64,000 nucleotides of DNA from Candidatus Nomurabacteria bacterium (lineage in GTDB: Bacteria > Patescibacteriota > Minisyncoccia > Phycocordibacterales > JAACPR01), in NCBI GenBank assembly GCA_020632215.1, contig JACKFZ010000001.1:17444-81443 (forward strand), written 5' to 3'. The position numbers and the translations under genes were made by a program. Shown here piece by piece: positions 9,453 to 22,033 of this stretch. The notes beneath the pieces were generated by a model. It did no database searches. It was not told the origin of the DNA and saw only the letters and a program-made list of their open reading frames with translations. Within the stretch, counting starts at the first letter, position 1. Each line of letters starts with the position of its first letter.

Positions 9453-10712
9453 TTATCCCAAAGTCCCTCTGAGTCTCTCTGCTTCCAGTATTCTGTTTAC
9501 AGCTAATATATATGAAGCATTACGAATATTATTTAAATCTTTTTCTTTTCTTAGATTCATTACTTTATCAAATGCACTTTCAATAATTTCTTTTAATTTT
9601 TCATTTACTTCTTTTTCTTTCCAGTAGTAATTTTCAGAATTTTGAACCCATTCTAGGTAACTAACAATAACACCACCTGCGTTAGCTAGAATGTCTGGTA
9701 TCACTTCAACATTATTTTTTTCTAAAATTTGATCAGCTTCTTTAGTGATAGGAGCATTGGCCATTTCTAGAATGATTTTTGCTTTTATCTCGTCAGCATT
9801 ATCTTTGGTGATTTGATTTGATAGGGCGGCAGGTATTAAGACATCCACATCAAGTAATAGTAAATCATCATTGGAAATTTCTTTTCCAAAACCAGATGGA
9901 AAATCTCTAGTATCTGCCATTTTTTCTATCAAATCTTTTATATTGATTCCATTTTGATCAAAAATTCCTCCGCGAGAATTACTAACGGCTACTACCTTAT
10001 AGCCCCAATCGTCTAATATTTTTGCAATATTCATGCCTACATTTCCGAAACCTTGAATAGCTACTGATAAGTTTTCTTTTTTGTCTCCAAAATTTTCTAC
10101 AAATCTTTTTAAAACAAAAGCACCACCTAAGGATGTTGCAAGTTCACGTCCTTCTGATCCACCGAGAATTAATGGCTTACCAGTGACAACTCCAGGAGTA
10201 AATTCTCCAACAATATCTGAATATTCATCCACAAACCATGCCATGATTTGAGCATTTGTATTTACATCTGGTGCAGGGATATCAAGATGTGGACCAATAA
10301 ATTTGTATATTTCTTTGACGAAACCTCGTGTTAGTCTCTCAAGCTCTCCTTTAGATAGCTCATCAGGATTTACTTCTATGCCACCTTTTGCACCTCCAAA
10401 TGGTATGCCAGCCAGAGCTGTTTTTAAAGACATTAGAAAAGCGAGGACTTTTACCTCTTCTAGATCGACATCTTCATGGTATCTAATACCACCTTTTGTT
10501 GGACCGAGCGCATTGTTGTATTGCACACGATAACCATTAAAGACTTTTACTTCGCCATCATCCATTCGCACAGGAATTGAAACTGTCAAAACTCTTTTTG
10601 GTCTATTTAACAATTCTTGTTCTTCCTTGGTCAGATTATGAAGATTGTGGATATCAGTTAGACGTTCTTCGCAATTAATACATATATTTTTGTCTTCTTT
10701 TTTGTGGTCCAT
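9453..10712 (-). CDS. gdhA: NAD(P)-specific glutamate dehydrogenase
   Basis: KGGIRYH and GGAKGGI motifs of the Glu/Leu/Phe/Val dehydrogenase family, with a C-terminal Rossmann domain. 419 aa. Confidence 0.9.
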   Translation of the reverse strand: MDHKKEDKNICINCEERLTDIHNLHNLTKEEQELLNRPKRVLTVSIPVRMDDGEVKVFNGYRVQYNNALGPTKGGIRYHEDVDLEEVKVLAFLMSLKTALAGIPFGGAKGGIEVNPDELSKGELERLTRGFVKEIYKFIGPHLDIPAPDVNTNAQIMAWFVDEYSDIVGEFTPGVVTGKPLILGGSEGRELATSLGGAFVLKRFVENFGDKKENLSVAIQGFGNVGMNIAKILDDWGYKVVAVSNSRGGIFDQNGINIKDLIEKMADTRDFPSGFGKEISNDDLLLLDVDVLIPAALSNQITKDNADEIKAKIILEMANAPITKEADQILEKNNVEVIPDILANAGGVIVSYLEWVQNSENYYWKEKEVNEKLKEIIESAFDKVMNLRKEKDLNNIRNASYILAVNRILEAERLRGTLG

Positions 10713-10755
10713 TTTTAGTTAGTAGTTAGTAGTAAATAGATAGTAGATTTTAATA

Positions 10756-11172
10756 CTAATCTAGATCTTTGTAAAAAGCAGTGAAATCGTTTCCTTTGGT
10801 AAAACCTAGAGATTCATATCTTTCTACAAAGTCTGAATTGCCAGATGGTGCATATACTAGTACTTGGGTATGTCCAAGAGATTTTATAATATCTTCAGCT
10901 TTTTTATATATTTCGTCAGTAGCTTTTTTATCTACTGATGCAAATCTATATAACCAAACAGTTCGTCCATCTTCAAAAATTGTTAACGTGGCTAATATTT
11001 TATTATCTTTTTCAGCAACTAATATACACTCAGGTTTGTTTTCTGATAATTTCTCGAGACGTTCTTGGGAATCTCTATTGTTATCAAATTGACCTCCAAA
11101 AGTTGAAGAATCTTTATAAAGGCTGCTGACTTCTTCATAATCTGTCTCTGGACTATAATTTCTAATTATCAT
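10756..11172 (-). CDS. GNAT-family N-acetyltransferase (putative)
   Basis: 138 aa with a GNAT-like beta-strand/acetyl-CoA motif region (ATLTIFEDG...). Only weak similarity is discernible. Confidence 0.4.
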   Translation of the reverse strand: MIIRNYSPETDYEEVSSLYKDSSTFGGQFDNNRDSQERLEKLSENKPECILVAEKDNKILATLTIFEDGRTVWLYRFASVDKKATDEIYKKAEDIIKSLGHTQVLVYAPSGNSDFVERYESLGFTKGNDFTAFYKDLD

Positions 11173-11271
11173 GTTCTAATTTTATCAAATAAGAGATTCT
11201 TTTCTACTAACTATTTACTACTAACTACTAACTAACAAAACCCCTTTTCATCCAAAAAAAACCTGCTATAA

Positions 11272-11577
11272 TTGGGCGCAATCGCAGATATGGTTGAGGA
11301 AATTGACAAAAATGCAGAGATCAAAAAGTTAGAGTCTGAGCGAGAAAAACACGTTACTCGCATCTTTTGGATACTAATAGAAATTGCCTTTATTTTTGGA
11401 ATCCCAGCTGCTGTTGCGGTTGTTTTGGTTAAATTTTTGGGAGGCCATACTCTATATATAGCTTTGCCAATCGCTTTCATTCTGTCTTGGGTTATTTTGA
11501 TACTTCATTATAGAAAGATGAGTCAGAGACTAAAGGATTTAGATAGAAAGATAAAAGAACTTAAGATTAGTAAATAG
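11272..11577 (+). CDS. AtpZ/AtpI-like small membrane protein preceding atpB
   Basis: 101 aa with 2 TM helices, located immediately upstream of the F0 a subunit gene. Confidence 0.45.
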   Translation: MGAIADMVEEIDKNAEIKKLESEREKHVTRIFWILIEIAFIFGIPAAVAVVLVKFLGGHTLYIALPIAFILSWVILILHYRKMSQRLKDLDRKIKELKISK

Positions 11578-11640
11578 TAAATACTAAATAGTAAAAGTAG
11601 AAAAGATTATTTAGTATTTACTACTAACTATTTACTAAAA
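11570..11640. repeat. AT-rich heptad (AGTAAAT)n inverted repeat
   Basis: tagtaaatactaaatagtaaaag ... tatttagtatttactactaactatttacta forms a long imperfect palindrome with stop codons in all frames on both strands. Confidence 0.6.
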
Positions 11641-11641
11641 A

Positions 11642-12448
11642 ATGTTAAAAATCATTCGAGAAATTCCAGGTTTGGATCCAAATATTGTATTTCATCTGTT
11701 CGGCTATCCGATTGCTAGTTCTACTTTAATGATTGGAATTATTATCATCCTTTTTGTTTTATTTGCTTTTTATATAAGAAAAAAATTCGATATTAGACCA
11801 AGCTTCATCCAAACAGCTTTTGAAATGGTTTATGAAGGTTTACTTGATTTAGTTTCAAATATTACTCAGGACTCTAGAAGAACAAAGATGGTTTTTCCGG
11901 TCATTGGTTCTATGATGATTTACCTCATTCTGGCTAACTTAATAGATTTAACACCTGGATTACCTGACATTGAATATAATGGAGCAGGTATTTTTTCTTC
12001 TCCAACAGCTGATTTTAATACAACTTTTGGTTTAGCTTTGGCTTCTGTCATAATCATCAATTTTATTAGTATGAGAGAGTGGGGATTTTTCTCATACTTA
12101 GGAAATTTCTTTAAATTCAAAGATGTTTATCTTGGTTTTAGAAAAAGTATTGGCGATGGTTTTATTGCTATTATCGAATTCCTAATTGGTCTACTAGATA
12201 TCGTCGGGGAAGCAACAAAAGTCATTTCACTTTCTTTGCGTCTCTTCGGTAATATGTACGCAGGAAAAGTTTTAACAATCATTTTATTTTCAGGAATAGC
12301 CTTCATTATTCCATCTGTGTGGTTTGCTATGAATCTATTTGTTGGCGTTCTGCAAGGAATTGTCTTTGCTTCTCTCGTAGCCGCGTATTATACTCTGGCG
12401 GTTAAGCCGCCCGAGCCAAGCGGTGAAAGAGAGCAAGTAGAAGCTTAA
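11642..12448 (+). CDS. atpB: F0F1 ATP synthase subunit a
   Basis: LSLRLFGNMYAGKVL carries the conserved Arg. About 5-6 TM helices. Confidence 0.9.
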   Translation: MLKIIREIPGLDPNIVFHLFGYPIASSTLMIGIIIILFVLFAFYIRKKFDIRPSFIQTAFEMVYEGLLDLVSNITQDSRRTKMVFPVIGSMMIYLILANLIDLTPGLPDIEYNGAGIFSSPTADFNTTFGLALASVIIINFISMREWGFFSYLGNFFKFKDVYLGFRKSIGDGFIAIIEFLIGLLDIVGEATKVISLSLRLFGNMYAGKVLTIILFSGIAFIIPSVWFAMNLFVGVLQGIVFASLVAAYYTLAVKPPEPSGEREQVEA

Positions 12449-12478
12449 TCACAGGCGATTATTAATTAATATAAAATT

Positions 12479-12700
12479 ATGGATTTAGATTTAGAATCAG
12501 CACGACTTATAGGAAAGGGACTAGCAACAACATCAATGTTCGGTTCTGCTATAGGTGAAGGTTACCTTATTGGTAAAGCTCTAGAAGCGATGGGAAGAAA
12601 CCCAGATATGGCTGGTACATTGTTTACTAGAATGATTATTGGTGTGGCGTTAGCAGAATCAACAGCGATTTATGCTTTCGTTGCCTTCTTTATTATCTAA
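12479..12700 (+). CDS. atpE: F0F1 ATP synthase subunit c
   Basis: 73-aa hairpin proteolipid. GVALAESTAIYAFVAFFII contains the conserved carboxylate. Confidence 0.9.
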   Translation: MDLDLESARLIGKGLATTSMFGSAIGEGYLIGKALEAMGRNPDMAGTLFTRMIIGVALAESTAIYAFVAFFII

Positions 12701-12710
12701 TTTTTGAAAC

Positions 12711-13223
12711 ATGGATCTCGGCGAAATTTTAGGAAGAGTTGGATTTGATTGGCAGGTTGCTACTGCTAACCTTGTTAACTTTTTGGTGATTTTTATCATC
12801 TTGAAAGTTTTTGTCTGGACTCCAGTTCAAAATATTATTAACAAGAGAAAAGAGATTATAGATCAAGGTCTGAAAGATGCCGAAGAAGCAAAGCAAAAAT
12901 TATCTGCTGCCGAAGAAGAAGCAGGAGATATTACAAAGCAAGCCAAAGAGCACGCGGATCATATTTTACGAGAATCTAGAGATGAAGGTAATGCTATAAA
13001 AACTAGAATAGAAGAAGGTGCTTACAAAAAAGAAGCTGAAATCATTGAGCAAGGTCATCAAGAAGTTAGAGAAGAAAGAAAGAAAATGATGCAAGATGTT
13101 CAAGGAGAAGCGGCAAATCTTGTTGTGGACGCAGTTGCTCAAATTCTAGAAGAAGAAGTTAATCAAAAGAAACACGACGAATATTCTTCAAAGGTAGCAA
13201 GTCTAATAAAAAATAGATCATGA
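12711..13223 (+). CDS. atpF: F0F1 ATP synthase subunit b
   Basis: N-terminal TM helix followed by a long charged coiled coil. Operon position fits. Confidence 0.8.
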   Translation: MDLGEILGRVGFDWQVATANLVNFLVIFIILKVFVWTPVQNIINKRKEIIDQGLKDAEEAKQKLSAAEEEAGDITKQAKEHADHILRESRDEGNAIKTRIEEGAYKKEAEIIEQGHQEVREERKKMMQDVQGEAANLVVDAVAQILEEEVNQKKHDEYSSKVASLIKNRS

Positions 13224-13606
13224 GTTTATCAAGAAGTATAGCCAATTCATACATTACGTTATGTGAAGAAGGTAATGACCCAAAGGTTGTTGCTAATTCC
13301 GTGGCTACATTCTTGAAAGAAAACAATCTGATTTCTCTACAAAAAAATATTTTAGATAATGTGGAGATGATTGAAAAAGAAAAAGAAAATTACAACTCTT
13401 TGAATATCAGATCTGCTTTTCCATTAACTGCACACACTACAAAAGAAATTGCAGAAGGTTTGTGTGGGGAAAATAAAGTTAAACACAGAGTTGAAGAGGA
13501 CAAAAAACTAATTGCTGGATTTGTGGCCCGATATCGAGGAGTTGAGTGGGATGCAAGTATGCAAGGAGTAGTCAGTAGGTTAAGACAATTATTAAAAGAG
13601 CAATAA
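13220..13606 (+). CDS. atpH: F0F1 ATP synthase subunit delta (short form)
   Basis: Sits between atpF and atpA. The C-terminus ([29 protein letters not shown]) is OSCP-like. It is only 128 aa. Confidence 0.6.
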   Translation: MSLSRSIANSYITLCEEGNDPKVVANSVATFLKENNLISLQKNILDNVEMIEKEKENYNSLNIRSAFPLTAHTTKEIAEGLCGENKVKHRVEEDKKLIAGFVARYRGVEWDASMQGVVSRLRQLLKEQ

Positions 13607-13616
13607 CAATATTATT

Positions 13617-15104
13617 ATGAGTGATTCAGTAACAGAAATTTTAAGGCAAAAAATCAAAGCCCTAGGTGGAGAGCCAGTACAAAGCGAAGTCGGATCTGTT
13701 TTGTCAGTAGCGGATGGAATCGCAAGAATCTCTGGATTGGAAGACTGTCAATCTATGGAAATGCTTGATTTTGGCAATGGAGTAGTAGGTTTGGCCTTGA
13801 ACCTAGAAGAAGATGCTGTTGGGGCCGTTATTCTTGGAGATTACAAGAATATTGAAGAAGGACATACGGTAAAAAGAACAAAAAAAGTTCTAGCTGTTAA
13901 TACTTCTGATGATGCCCTGGGGAGAGTTTTAGATCCTTTGATGAATCCAATCGATGGAAAAGGAGATTTGAAAAAAGATGAAGAAAGACTAATAGAAGTT
14001 ATTGCTCCAGGTGTTATTGCTCGACAACCTGTATCACAACCTCTTCATACTGGTATAACCGCTATAGATGCTCTGACTCCTATTGGTCGTGGACAACGAC
14101 AACTCATTATTGGTGACCGACAAACGGGAAAGACTACTGTTTGTTTAGACACTATCATCAATCAAAAAGGTAAGAACGTAAAATGTATTTATGTAGCTAT
14201 CGGTCAAAAATATTCTAAGGTTATGAGAAATGTAAATACTTTGGAAAAAGCTGGAGCTATGGACTATACAACTGTGGTACTTGCTGGTGCTTCTGAAAAC
14301 CCAGCTTTGCTATATCTTGCTCCATATTCTGCGACAGCTTTGGCCGAACATTTTCTATGGAAAGGTGATGATGTTTTGATTATCTATGATGATCTTTCAA
14401 AACATGCTGTAGCGTATCGAGAACTTTCTCTACTTTTGAGAAGACCGCCAGGACGTGAAGCTTACCCTGGAGATGTTTTTTACCTACACTCACGACTCCT
14501 AGAACGAGCTTGTCGATTGAGTGAAGAAAATGGGGGTGGTTCTATCACAGCTCTACCTATTATTGAAACACAAGCTGGTGATGCGGCTGCATATATTCCA
14601 ACAAACGTTATTTCTATTACTGACGGACAAATTTTCTTGGAGTCGAGTCTGTTTAATAAAGGCATTAGACCTGCTATTAACGTTGGACTTTCAGTTTCCC
14701 GTGTTGGAGGTGCAGCACAATTGAAATCTACAAAGAAAAACGCAGGATCTTTAAAGTTGCAGTTAGCTCAATATAGAGAGTTGGAAAGTTTTAGTCAATT
14801 TGGTTCTGATCTAGATCCTACAACAAAGGCTTTGCTTGATAGAGGAGAAAGAGCCGTCTCTTTGTTGAAACAAAAGCAATTTTCTCCGATTCCATCTGCA
14901 AAGCAAGTTGTGATGATTTATGCTTTGAATAACGGATTCTTAGACAACATTTCTAATGATGAAGTGCCAGTATGGCTTAGAGAATTGAACGAACATTTAG
15001 AAGGCAGAGAAGAATTGTTAAGTGCAATTGATAAAGATTGGAATGATGAAGTTGAAAAAACAGTTAAAGAAACAATCGAACACTTTGTAACTATTAGAAA
15101 ATAA
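13617..15104 (+). CDS. atpA: F0F1 ATP synthase subunit alpha
   Basis: GDRQTGKT P-loop, and the length and composition of the alpha subunit. Confidence 0.95.
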   Translation: MSDSVTEILRQKIKALGGEPVQSEVGSVLSVADGIARISGLEDCQSMEMLDFGNGVVGLALNLEEDAVGAVILGDYKNIEEGHTVKRTKKVLAVNTSDDALGRVLDPLMNPIDGKGDLKKDEERLIEVIAPGVIARQPVSQPLHTGITAIDALTPIGRGQRQLIIGDRQTGKTTVCLDTIINQKGKNVKCIYVAIGQKYSKVMRNVNTLEKAGAMDYTTVVLAGASENPALLYLAPYSATALAEHFLWKGDDVLIIYDDLSKHAVAYRELSLLLRRPPGREAYPGDVFYLHSRLLERACRLSEENGGGSITALPIIETQAGDAAAYIPTNVISITDGQIFLESSLFNKGIRPAINVGLSVSRVGGAAQLKSTKKNAGSLKLQLAQYRELESFSQFGSDLDPTTKALLDRGERAVSLLKQKQFSPIPSAKQVVMIYALNNGFLDNISNDEVPVWLRELNEHLEGREELLSAIDKDWNDEVEKTVKETIEHFVTIRK

Positions 15105-15105
15105 C

Positions 15106-17382
<2,277 letters not shown>

Positions 17383-17383
<1 letters not shown>

Positions 17384-17661
17384 TGGAAAAAAATCAATTT
17401 CTAAAATTGCATATTGTAAGTGGTGACGGAGAAATCTTCCAAGGAGAGGTAGATTCGCTGAATCTGAATACTTCTTCAGGATATATTACTATTCTTCCAA
17501 ATCACGCACCTCTAATATCTTCTTTAGATAAAGGTGTCATCAGTGTTAGAACTAAAGAAGGAGAAAAACAATTCAAAGCCGAAAGTGGTGTTTTGGACAT
17601 TAGTCACGACAAGACTGTTGTCCTAATTCATAAACAATTTAGTGATGAAGAGCAAGTATAG
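17383..17661 (+). CDS. atpC: F0F1 ATP synthase subunit epsilon (N-terminal beta-sandwich only)
   Basis: 92 aa. The LxIVSxDGxxF start is typical of epsilon. The C-terminal helical hairpin is absent. Confidence 0.8.
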
Positions 17662-18187
17662 GAAAATAACAATAGGAGGTTTGAGTGGTACCGGCAAGGG
17701 TACCATTTCAAAAATGTTGGCTGAGAAAATTGGATTCACTAGAGCTTCAGTTGGAGATTTTGCTAGAGAAATGGCTAAAGAAGAAGGAATGACTATTTTT
17801 CAATTTGATCAGAAACATCAGAATGATGAAGAAGCAGGAAAAAAATTAGATTTAATTCTTGATCAAAGGACAGAAGACTTCGGAAGAGAAAACACCAACT
17901 TTGTTTTTGAAGGAAGATTGCCAGCTCATTTTATCAAAGATGCTTTTAAGATTCTTTTAACTTGTCAGGATGAAGAGAGAGCTAGAAGAATCGGGCAAAG
18001 AGATGAAACTTCAGCAGAAGATTCTTTGAAAGAAGCTTTGGAAAGAGAAGCACTGCTTCGAGACAGATATCAGATTGCCTATAATCTTGCAGACTTTGAT
18101 GATCCAAAGTATTATGACTTCGTTATTGATACGACAAATATCACACCAGATCAGATTGTTGAAAAAATTATTAGTCAAATAACATAA
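17642..18187 (+). CDS. cmk: cytidylate kinase, archaeal-type short form
   Basis: GGLSGTGKGT P-loop, 181 aa, and a C-terminal layout like CmkA. Confidence 0.55.
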   Translation: MMKSKYRKITIGGLSGTGKGTISKMLAEKIGFTRASVGDFAREMAKEEGMTIFQFDQKHQNDEEAGKKLDLILDQRTEDFGRENTNFVFEGRLPAHFIKDAFKILLTCQDEERARRIGQRDETSAEDSLKEALEREALLRDRYQIAYNLADFDDPKYYDFVIDTTNITPDQIVEKIISQIT

Positions 18188-18196
18188 TCAATTTTC

Positions 18197-18793
18197 ATGA
18201 TAGAAAACAAAAAAGCTTTTATTTTCATAGGTCCATCAGGTTCTGGAAAGGGAACACAGTTAGATCTGTTGGAAACTTATCTCAAAGAGAAAGACCATAG
18301 AGAGATATTGAGATATGAAGCAGGAGCTTCACTGAGAGAGTTTGCTAAGGGAGATAGCTTTATGGCCAAGAAGGTTCATCACACTATCAATGTTGAAGGT
18401 GGTTTGTTACCTAGATTTATCATGGTTTGGAACTGGGGGAGAAGATTGGCTCTTGAGCTGAAAGAAGATATGAATCTCATTTTAGAGGGATCTCCTAGAA
18501 AAGTGGAAGAGAAAAAGTTGATTGATGATGCTTTACAATATGCGGACTACAAAGATATTTACGTTATACATTTGAATCTAAGTGATGATGTGGCTGTTGG
18601 GAGATTGATGAGTAGAGGAAGAATTGATGATCAAGAAGAAAAAATTAGAAATCGCCTTAAGTGGTTTAGAGAAGAAGTGGCTCAGACTGTAGAAGAGTTT
18701 AAGAATGATGATAGATATATATATTGTGAAATAGATGGTGATCAGTCTATAGAGAAGGTTCAGGAGGATATTATTAAAGCTTTGGGGGTTTAG
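18197..18793 (+). CDS. adk: adenylate kinase-like P-loop kinase
   Basis: GPSGSGKGTQ P-loop, and an RGRIDDQEEKIRNRL LID/NMP signature like Adk. Confidence 0.6.
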   Translation: MIENKKAFIFIGPSGSGKGTQLDLLETYLKEKDHREILRYEAGASLREFAKGDSFMAKKVHHTINVEGGLLPRFIMVWNWGRRLALELKEDMNLILEGSPRKVEEKKLIDDALQYADYKDIYVIHLNLSDDVAVGRLMSRGRIDDQEEKIRNRLKWFREEVAQTVEEFKNDDRYIYCEIDGDQSIEKVQEDIIKALGV

Positions 18794-18872
18794 ATAAAAA
18801 GAAGAGCCCCGCGCCGTCTTTCCTTTCGGATTGACGAACGCGGGACCTTTGTTTAAATGGGGTGCGAAGGGT

Positions 18873-19346
18873 TCAGTGGGCGTTAGCCACCCTGAGCCAC
18901 TTCTTGAATCTTGAACGAATGGATAAGCAGATCAGGATCCACAGCTCGTGAATCAGCTCGCCGGCGTGTTTGGGGATGCTGGCGATCTGCTCGGCGGCGT
19001 AGTCTTCGTCCGGGGGGATTCTACCGGTCATGATCAGCTCTACCAAGTCGACAGCATCGTCAATGCATGGACCATTGGCTTTGATGTTGAACTGGTACCC
19101 GCTTTTTTTGTCAGAATAACCGGGCGGTGAAACTTCCGCGGTTGCTGTTCCGAAGGAGTATCTTCCTGGTGTCCGCCAATCACTTCTTCTGTTCAGTAAG
19201 CTGGAGTAGACAGTGAAGTAGTCTGGTCTGTATCCGGTAGAAATACACTGCCTCAGGCAGAGTTCTCTGCCTCTTTCCATGTAGGCGATTTGCCCAGCGT
19301 TCGGGTAAACTCCGATAGCCGCTTTTGAGTATGCGCTTATTGTCAT
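18873..19346 (-). CDS. hypothetical protein in GC-rich cassette 1
   Basis: 157-aa ORF in a ~55% GC segment, against ~33% for the host. Codon usage is foreign-looking and there are no recognisable motifs. Confidence 0.35.
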   Translation of the reverse strand: MTISAYSKAAIGVYPNAGQIAYMERGRELCLRQCISTGYRPDYFTVYSSLLNRRSDWRTPGRYSFGTATAEVSPPGYSDKKSGYQFNIKANGPCIDDAVDLVELIMTGRIPPDEDYAAEQIASIPKHAGELIHELWILICLSIRSRFKKWLRVANAH

Positions 19347-19584
19347 TGCCTTTATTCCGCCTGGAGTGGTCCCCAGGTCTGGTTAGGATTTTCAGTGAAG
19401 GTTCATTTGTGGAACACTCGCTCCACGAACTTTCGTCAGGGATAATATAATAAATTTTGTATTATGTCAAATATTCCTAATACACCCTCGTCACCAAACT
19501 TGGTTTAGATTTTAGATAAAAAGAAGAGCCCCGCTGTTCGATTTCTACTAAGCGGGACGGGTGATCGTGGCTGATAATTGAAGT

Positions 19585-19860
19585 TCAGATTTTCATACGC
19601 CAGATGGAAAATCTGATATACATCCAAACAATAAGGATGTACATGGCACAAGGGCCAAAATAGCCCCCAAACCGAATACCTGCGGGGATGATCAAGTATC
19701 TGAGTACCACCTCAGACGCTGTGTCATCTGCATGGCCTTCCAGGCTTAAGAATTCCTGGGATAGAATCTTTTCAGATACCAGAGGATCGACGATGTAGAA
19801 GCCGATCAATAGTGCAATCAGGGCACCAAGCCATATTACTATTACAATTTTATCTTTCAT
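19585..19860 (-). CDS. hypothetical small membrane protein in GC-enriched cassette 2
   Basis: 91 aa with 2-3 hydrophobic helices, in a ~45% GC segment. Confidence 0.35.
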   Translation of the reverse strand: MKDKIVIVIWLGALIALLIGFYIVDPLVSEKILSQEFLSLEGHADDTASEVVLRYLIIPAGIRFGGYFGPCAMYILIVWMYIRFSIWRMKI

Positions 19861-20025
19861 GTTGAAAAGCGCCTCTGCGCGGGTTGTATTTTTGTTTTTC
19901 AGATTTAGCTTTCTATTAGCATAGGCATATCCATGTACCCAAAAAGCTAAATCCGATTAACAAATATCAAAGAGCTATATATTTCTTATATTTAACATAA
20001 AATAGTATTTTGTCAATATTAACGT

Positions 20026-21153
20026 TTAATACACCCTCGCCACCAAACTAGGTTTCTGACTACTCTTCACAATATCAAATCTTAGACGTCCTATGACTTG
20101 TCCTTTTTCATTCTCAATATCAACTCTCCATTTCCCAGTAAAGACAGCAGACTTCTGTGAATAGCCTCTAAAGCCTGAATCTCGCCCACTATAAATAGTT
20201 ATTGGTATTCTATCGGAATCTATCCATCTAAGGGCTTTTTCATCAAAATATGACCATTGATGATAGATTTTCTCTCTGACTTCAATAGGGGTGAAAACAG
20301 CTGAGAAGGCATAGATAGTTTCTCCAGATGTCCAATGGAAAGTATTGTTGTAATCTTTGAACGGTCTATACCACTCATGTTTTTCTCCTTGGACTTGGAA
20401 GTCTCCGTTAGGCAATTTTGTTAGAGAGTGAAAGATTCCTCCATCTTTTAGTGAAAGTGGAATTGGGGGAATGATATTGGTGAAGTAGAGAAAATGAAAA
20501 ACTAAGAAGGTGATGATAATAGAGCCTTTCAGTAAATCTTTTGATCGGGAAAATGTTTTTGGCAAGACTTTTGTTAAAAGCAGTACAAAGAGACTGATGA
20601 TCAGCAAAGCAATCAATGTGCTGAGTATAAAGATAAAAGTTCCTGTCTGATTTAGAATAACTGGAGTAATCATGTTGCTATACGATAGAACAGCTATGAA
20701 AAGTATTGTGGTTTGTAAAGTTAGAAAAGGATATTTCTCATGAATAAACTCATTACTAATTAGCAACACTAGAAGAGTTAAAAGAAAAGGGAAGGAGGTA
20801 ATCAGGGCTCCACTTCTGATGTAGAGAACAAGGAAACCACTAAACAAACCTCCAAAAGCATATTGCATCATATAGGGAAGTAGGGGTTGTATTTTAAGAA
20901 AAATAAAAGATTTGATTTCTTTTTCTTTTTTTAAAAAAGTTAATAGCAAAGTTCCTCCAGCTAGAGACAGTTGGCTAATCAAGATTATGTTATCTAAAAC
21001 TTGGTCCGCTCTATTAAGGGTAAGAGAGTCTACAATGAAACCAAAAATTAAAGATAGGAAAAGTAGAATTCTTTCATGTTGTGTGATTTTTTCTTTTATC
21101 CTTTTAACTTTGTGTTTCAACATTGCTAACTTTATTAAGTCTCCAAACAGCAA
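20026..21153 (-). CDS. hypothetical polytopic membrane protein with C-terminal soluble beta-rich domain
   Basis: About 6 TM helices in the N-terminal 230 aa, then a C-terminal globular region (WYRPFKDYNNTFHWTSGETIYAF...). Confidence 0.5.
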   Translation of the reverse strand: MLFGDLIKLAMLKHKVKRIKEKITQHERILLFLSLIFGFIVDSLTLNRADQVLDNIILISQLSLAGGTLLLTFLKKEKEIKSFIFLKIQPLLPYMMQYAFGGLFSGFLVLYIRSGALITSFPFLLTLLVLLISNEFIHEKYPFLTLQTTILFIAVLSYSNMITPVILNQTGTFIFILSTLIALLIISLFVLLLTKVLPKTFSRSKDLLKGSIIITFLVFHFLYFTNIIPPIPLSLKDGGIFHSLTKLPNGDFQVQGEKHEWYRPFKDYNNTFHWTSGETIYAFSAVFTPIEVREKIYHQWSYFDEKALRWIDSDRIPITIYSGRDSGFRGYSQKSAVFTGKWRVDIENEKGQVIGRLRFDIVKSSQKPSLVARVY

Positions 21154-22033
21154 AAAGGATTACTAGCATACCCAAAACTTGCATTGGCACCAAAGTGGCA
21201 TTCAAGAAGAAGTAATTGATGATGACAGCTCCACCAACAAACCCAAGCTCTGCAATAGTAGCCACTGAGGCTTTGGTATGCGAAAGACCTTTGTAATAAA
21301 TGAATAAGGATACAACACCGGAGACAATTGCGATTATGATCAAGAACAACCAATCAGTAGCAGTTAGATGAGAGATTTGTGTGATAGATGAATTGGCGAC
21401 ATTCCATCCTAAAAGAAACACAAAAGCAGTTAGAAATCTCAATGCTGTTATCGTTTTAAAATCTCTATTTACTAATAAGTATCTACCCAATACTGTAGAT
21501 GAACCCCAAAGTAGAGCTGCTCCTAATGCCAATAAAATTCCAATGATGTTTGGATTAAAAACTTCTCCTTCATAAAGTTGTGGTGCAAAATCTGGAAAAG
21601 AAACTACATAAGCGCCAACTATTGCAACTAAAGCCCAAAACCAAAACTTTTTATTTCTAAATTCATTCAGAATGTATGTGGCCAAAAAAATTGCAATGAA
21701 TGGTTGAACTTTTTGTAAAATAATTACAACTGAAGGGTTCATATATGCGAAAGCTTGAGTGAAAAGAACAAGAGATAAAGCTGATCCACCAAATCCAATT
21801 ATCAAAATTGATACCCATTCTTTTTTATTAAAAGTTTTAAGTTCTCTGACGGCGGGCAAGAGAATAGGAGAGAGAAGTAAAATACTGATAAAATGCTCTA
21901 TTAAAACTATAAATTCACTACTTAGTGTAGAAGTAAGGTGAACTCTAAACGGGGCGTCTGTGGCCCACATTAATGCTGCTAAAAATACTAATAAAGTTCC
22001 ATATTTTTCCGAAAAGGATTTTGTTAAATTCAT
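21104..22033 (-). CDS. EamA/DMT-family transporter
   Basis: 309 aa, 10 TM helices, and a duplicated EamA-like organisation. Confidence 0.7.
   Translation of the reverse strand: MNLTKSFSEKYGTLLVFLAALMWATDAPFRVHLTSTLSSEFIVLIEHFISILLLSPILLPAVRELKTFNKKEWVSILIIGFGGSALSLVLFTQAFAYMNPSVVIILQKVQPFIAIFLATYILNEFRNKKFWFWALVAIVGAYVVSFPDFAPQLYEGEVFNPNIIGILLALGAALLWGSSTVLGRYLLVNRDFKTITALRFLTAFVFLLGWNVANSSITQISHLTATDWLFLIIIAIVSGVVSLFIYYKGLSHTKASVATIAELGFVGGAVIINYFFLNATLVPMQVLGMLVILFAVWRLNKVSNVETQS

Noticed and set aside
18800-19400. The GC-rich segment as a structured RNA gene (tmRNA or RNase P RNA)
   Set aside because: No tmRNA tag-peptide frame or T-arm/CCA end is present, and no RNase P conserved GGAAAGUCCGG / AGGGUGAAA blocks. 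A continuous 157-aa ORF with consistent codon usage spans the segment, so protein-coding foreign DNA is more likely.
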